From the human T2T-CHM13v2.0 reference genome, Homo sapiens: DNA of 64,000 bases. The stretch's first letter is position 1. Every line of letters begins with the position of its first letter. Both the position numbers and the translations under genes were made by a program. A model generated the notes under the pieces. The model saw nothing but the letters and a program-made list of their open reading frames with translations. It was not told the DNA's origin and searched no databases. Positions 63,401 to 64,000 of this stretch are shown here, piece after piece. The stretch lies in NCBI RefSeq assembly GCF_009914755.1, contig NC_060935.1, one strand, 5' to 3'.

Positions 63401-63600
63401 TAAAAAAAAATTAGCCGGGCGTGGTGGCATGTACCTGTCATTTCAGCTACTCAGGAGGCTGAGGGAGTTAGGATCATAAGAGCCCAGGAGTTCAAAGCTT
63501 CAGTGAGCCGAGATCACACTGCTGTACTCTAGCCTGAGGGACAGAGCAAGAATCTATCTCTAAAACGAAAATAAAAACACCAAATAAATAAAAATAAAGA
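63401..63600 (+). mobile_element. Alu right arm (5'-truncated or FRAM)
   Basis: A-linker plus right arm; TSD AAGGCACTA. Confidence 0.9.
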
Positions 63601-64000
63601 AGGCACTAGAGTGGAGAAAGGAAACTGAAGTAGAGCGGATGGAATCTTAGTTCCCCCTAGCTAACTGGAAAATAATTTCTTCCTGGGCAATTAGAAAAAA
63701 AAGTGAATAAATCTGTGGTTTAAAACTCAAGTAAAAGATAAGAATGTCTATATTGTGGGTAATAAAAAAAGATCCTATTACTCTAATTTCATTGGGACAA
63801 TGAATAAATTCCCACTTTAAATCTCAGCCAGAAAAGTAAGTAGAAATTCAATTGGCTACATTTTTTTTTCCTACGGAAAAACCCTTACTCTGATTTGCAA
63901 AACAGATAAATTAGAGAATGAGCATTCACAGCCTCGAGAGATTCCCTATTGACTTCCTATAAATAATAGCTTTTCCACAGTCAGGTTGGATTCCAGGAGG

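Overview
Primate, almost certainly human or hominoid, non-coding genomic DNA, most likely a large intron or gene-flanking region in an Alu-dense domain. I count about 65 Alu elements or fragments (roughly one per kb, about a quarter of the bases), including AluY-type copies and two rare FAM monomers. These are interleaved with old L1, L2 and MIR remnants, MaLR solo LTRs (MLT1, THE1) and DNA transposons (MER58, MER5, MER2, Tigger3a, and a near full-length Tigger1 with a disrupted transposase). The only RNA gene I recognise is a retroposed U13/SNORD13 copy at 54747-54851 with a target-site duplication (TSD). None of the supplied ORFs is a credible host protein: they are Alu, L1 or Tigger read-throughs or chance ORFs. 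Several repeat-free islands contain strong plus-strand splice-site pairs (candidate short exons at 4904-4936, 17481/17677-17712 and 38202-38235) and transcription-factor motif clusters, but I cannot name the host gene. I found no evidence for a new multi-gene biological system. The points most worth checking are the candidate micro-exons (one with its donor duplicated by an Alu TSD), the periodic CpG cluster at 38.2 kb, the tail-less U13 retrocopy, the nested transposon stacks and the close inverted Alu pairs. Repeat family and subfamily names come from remembered consensus motifs, not a database search, and boundaries of old repeats are approximate.
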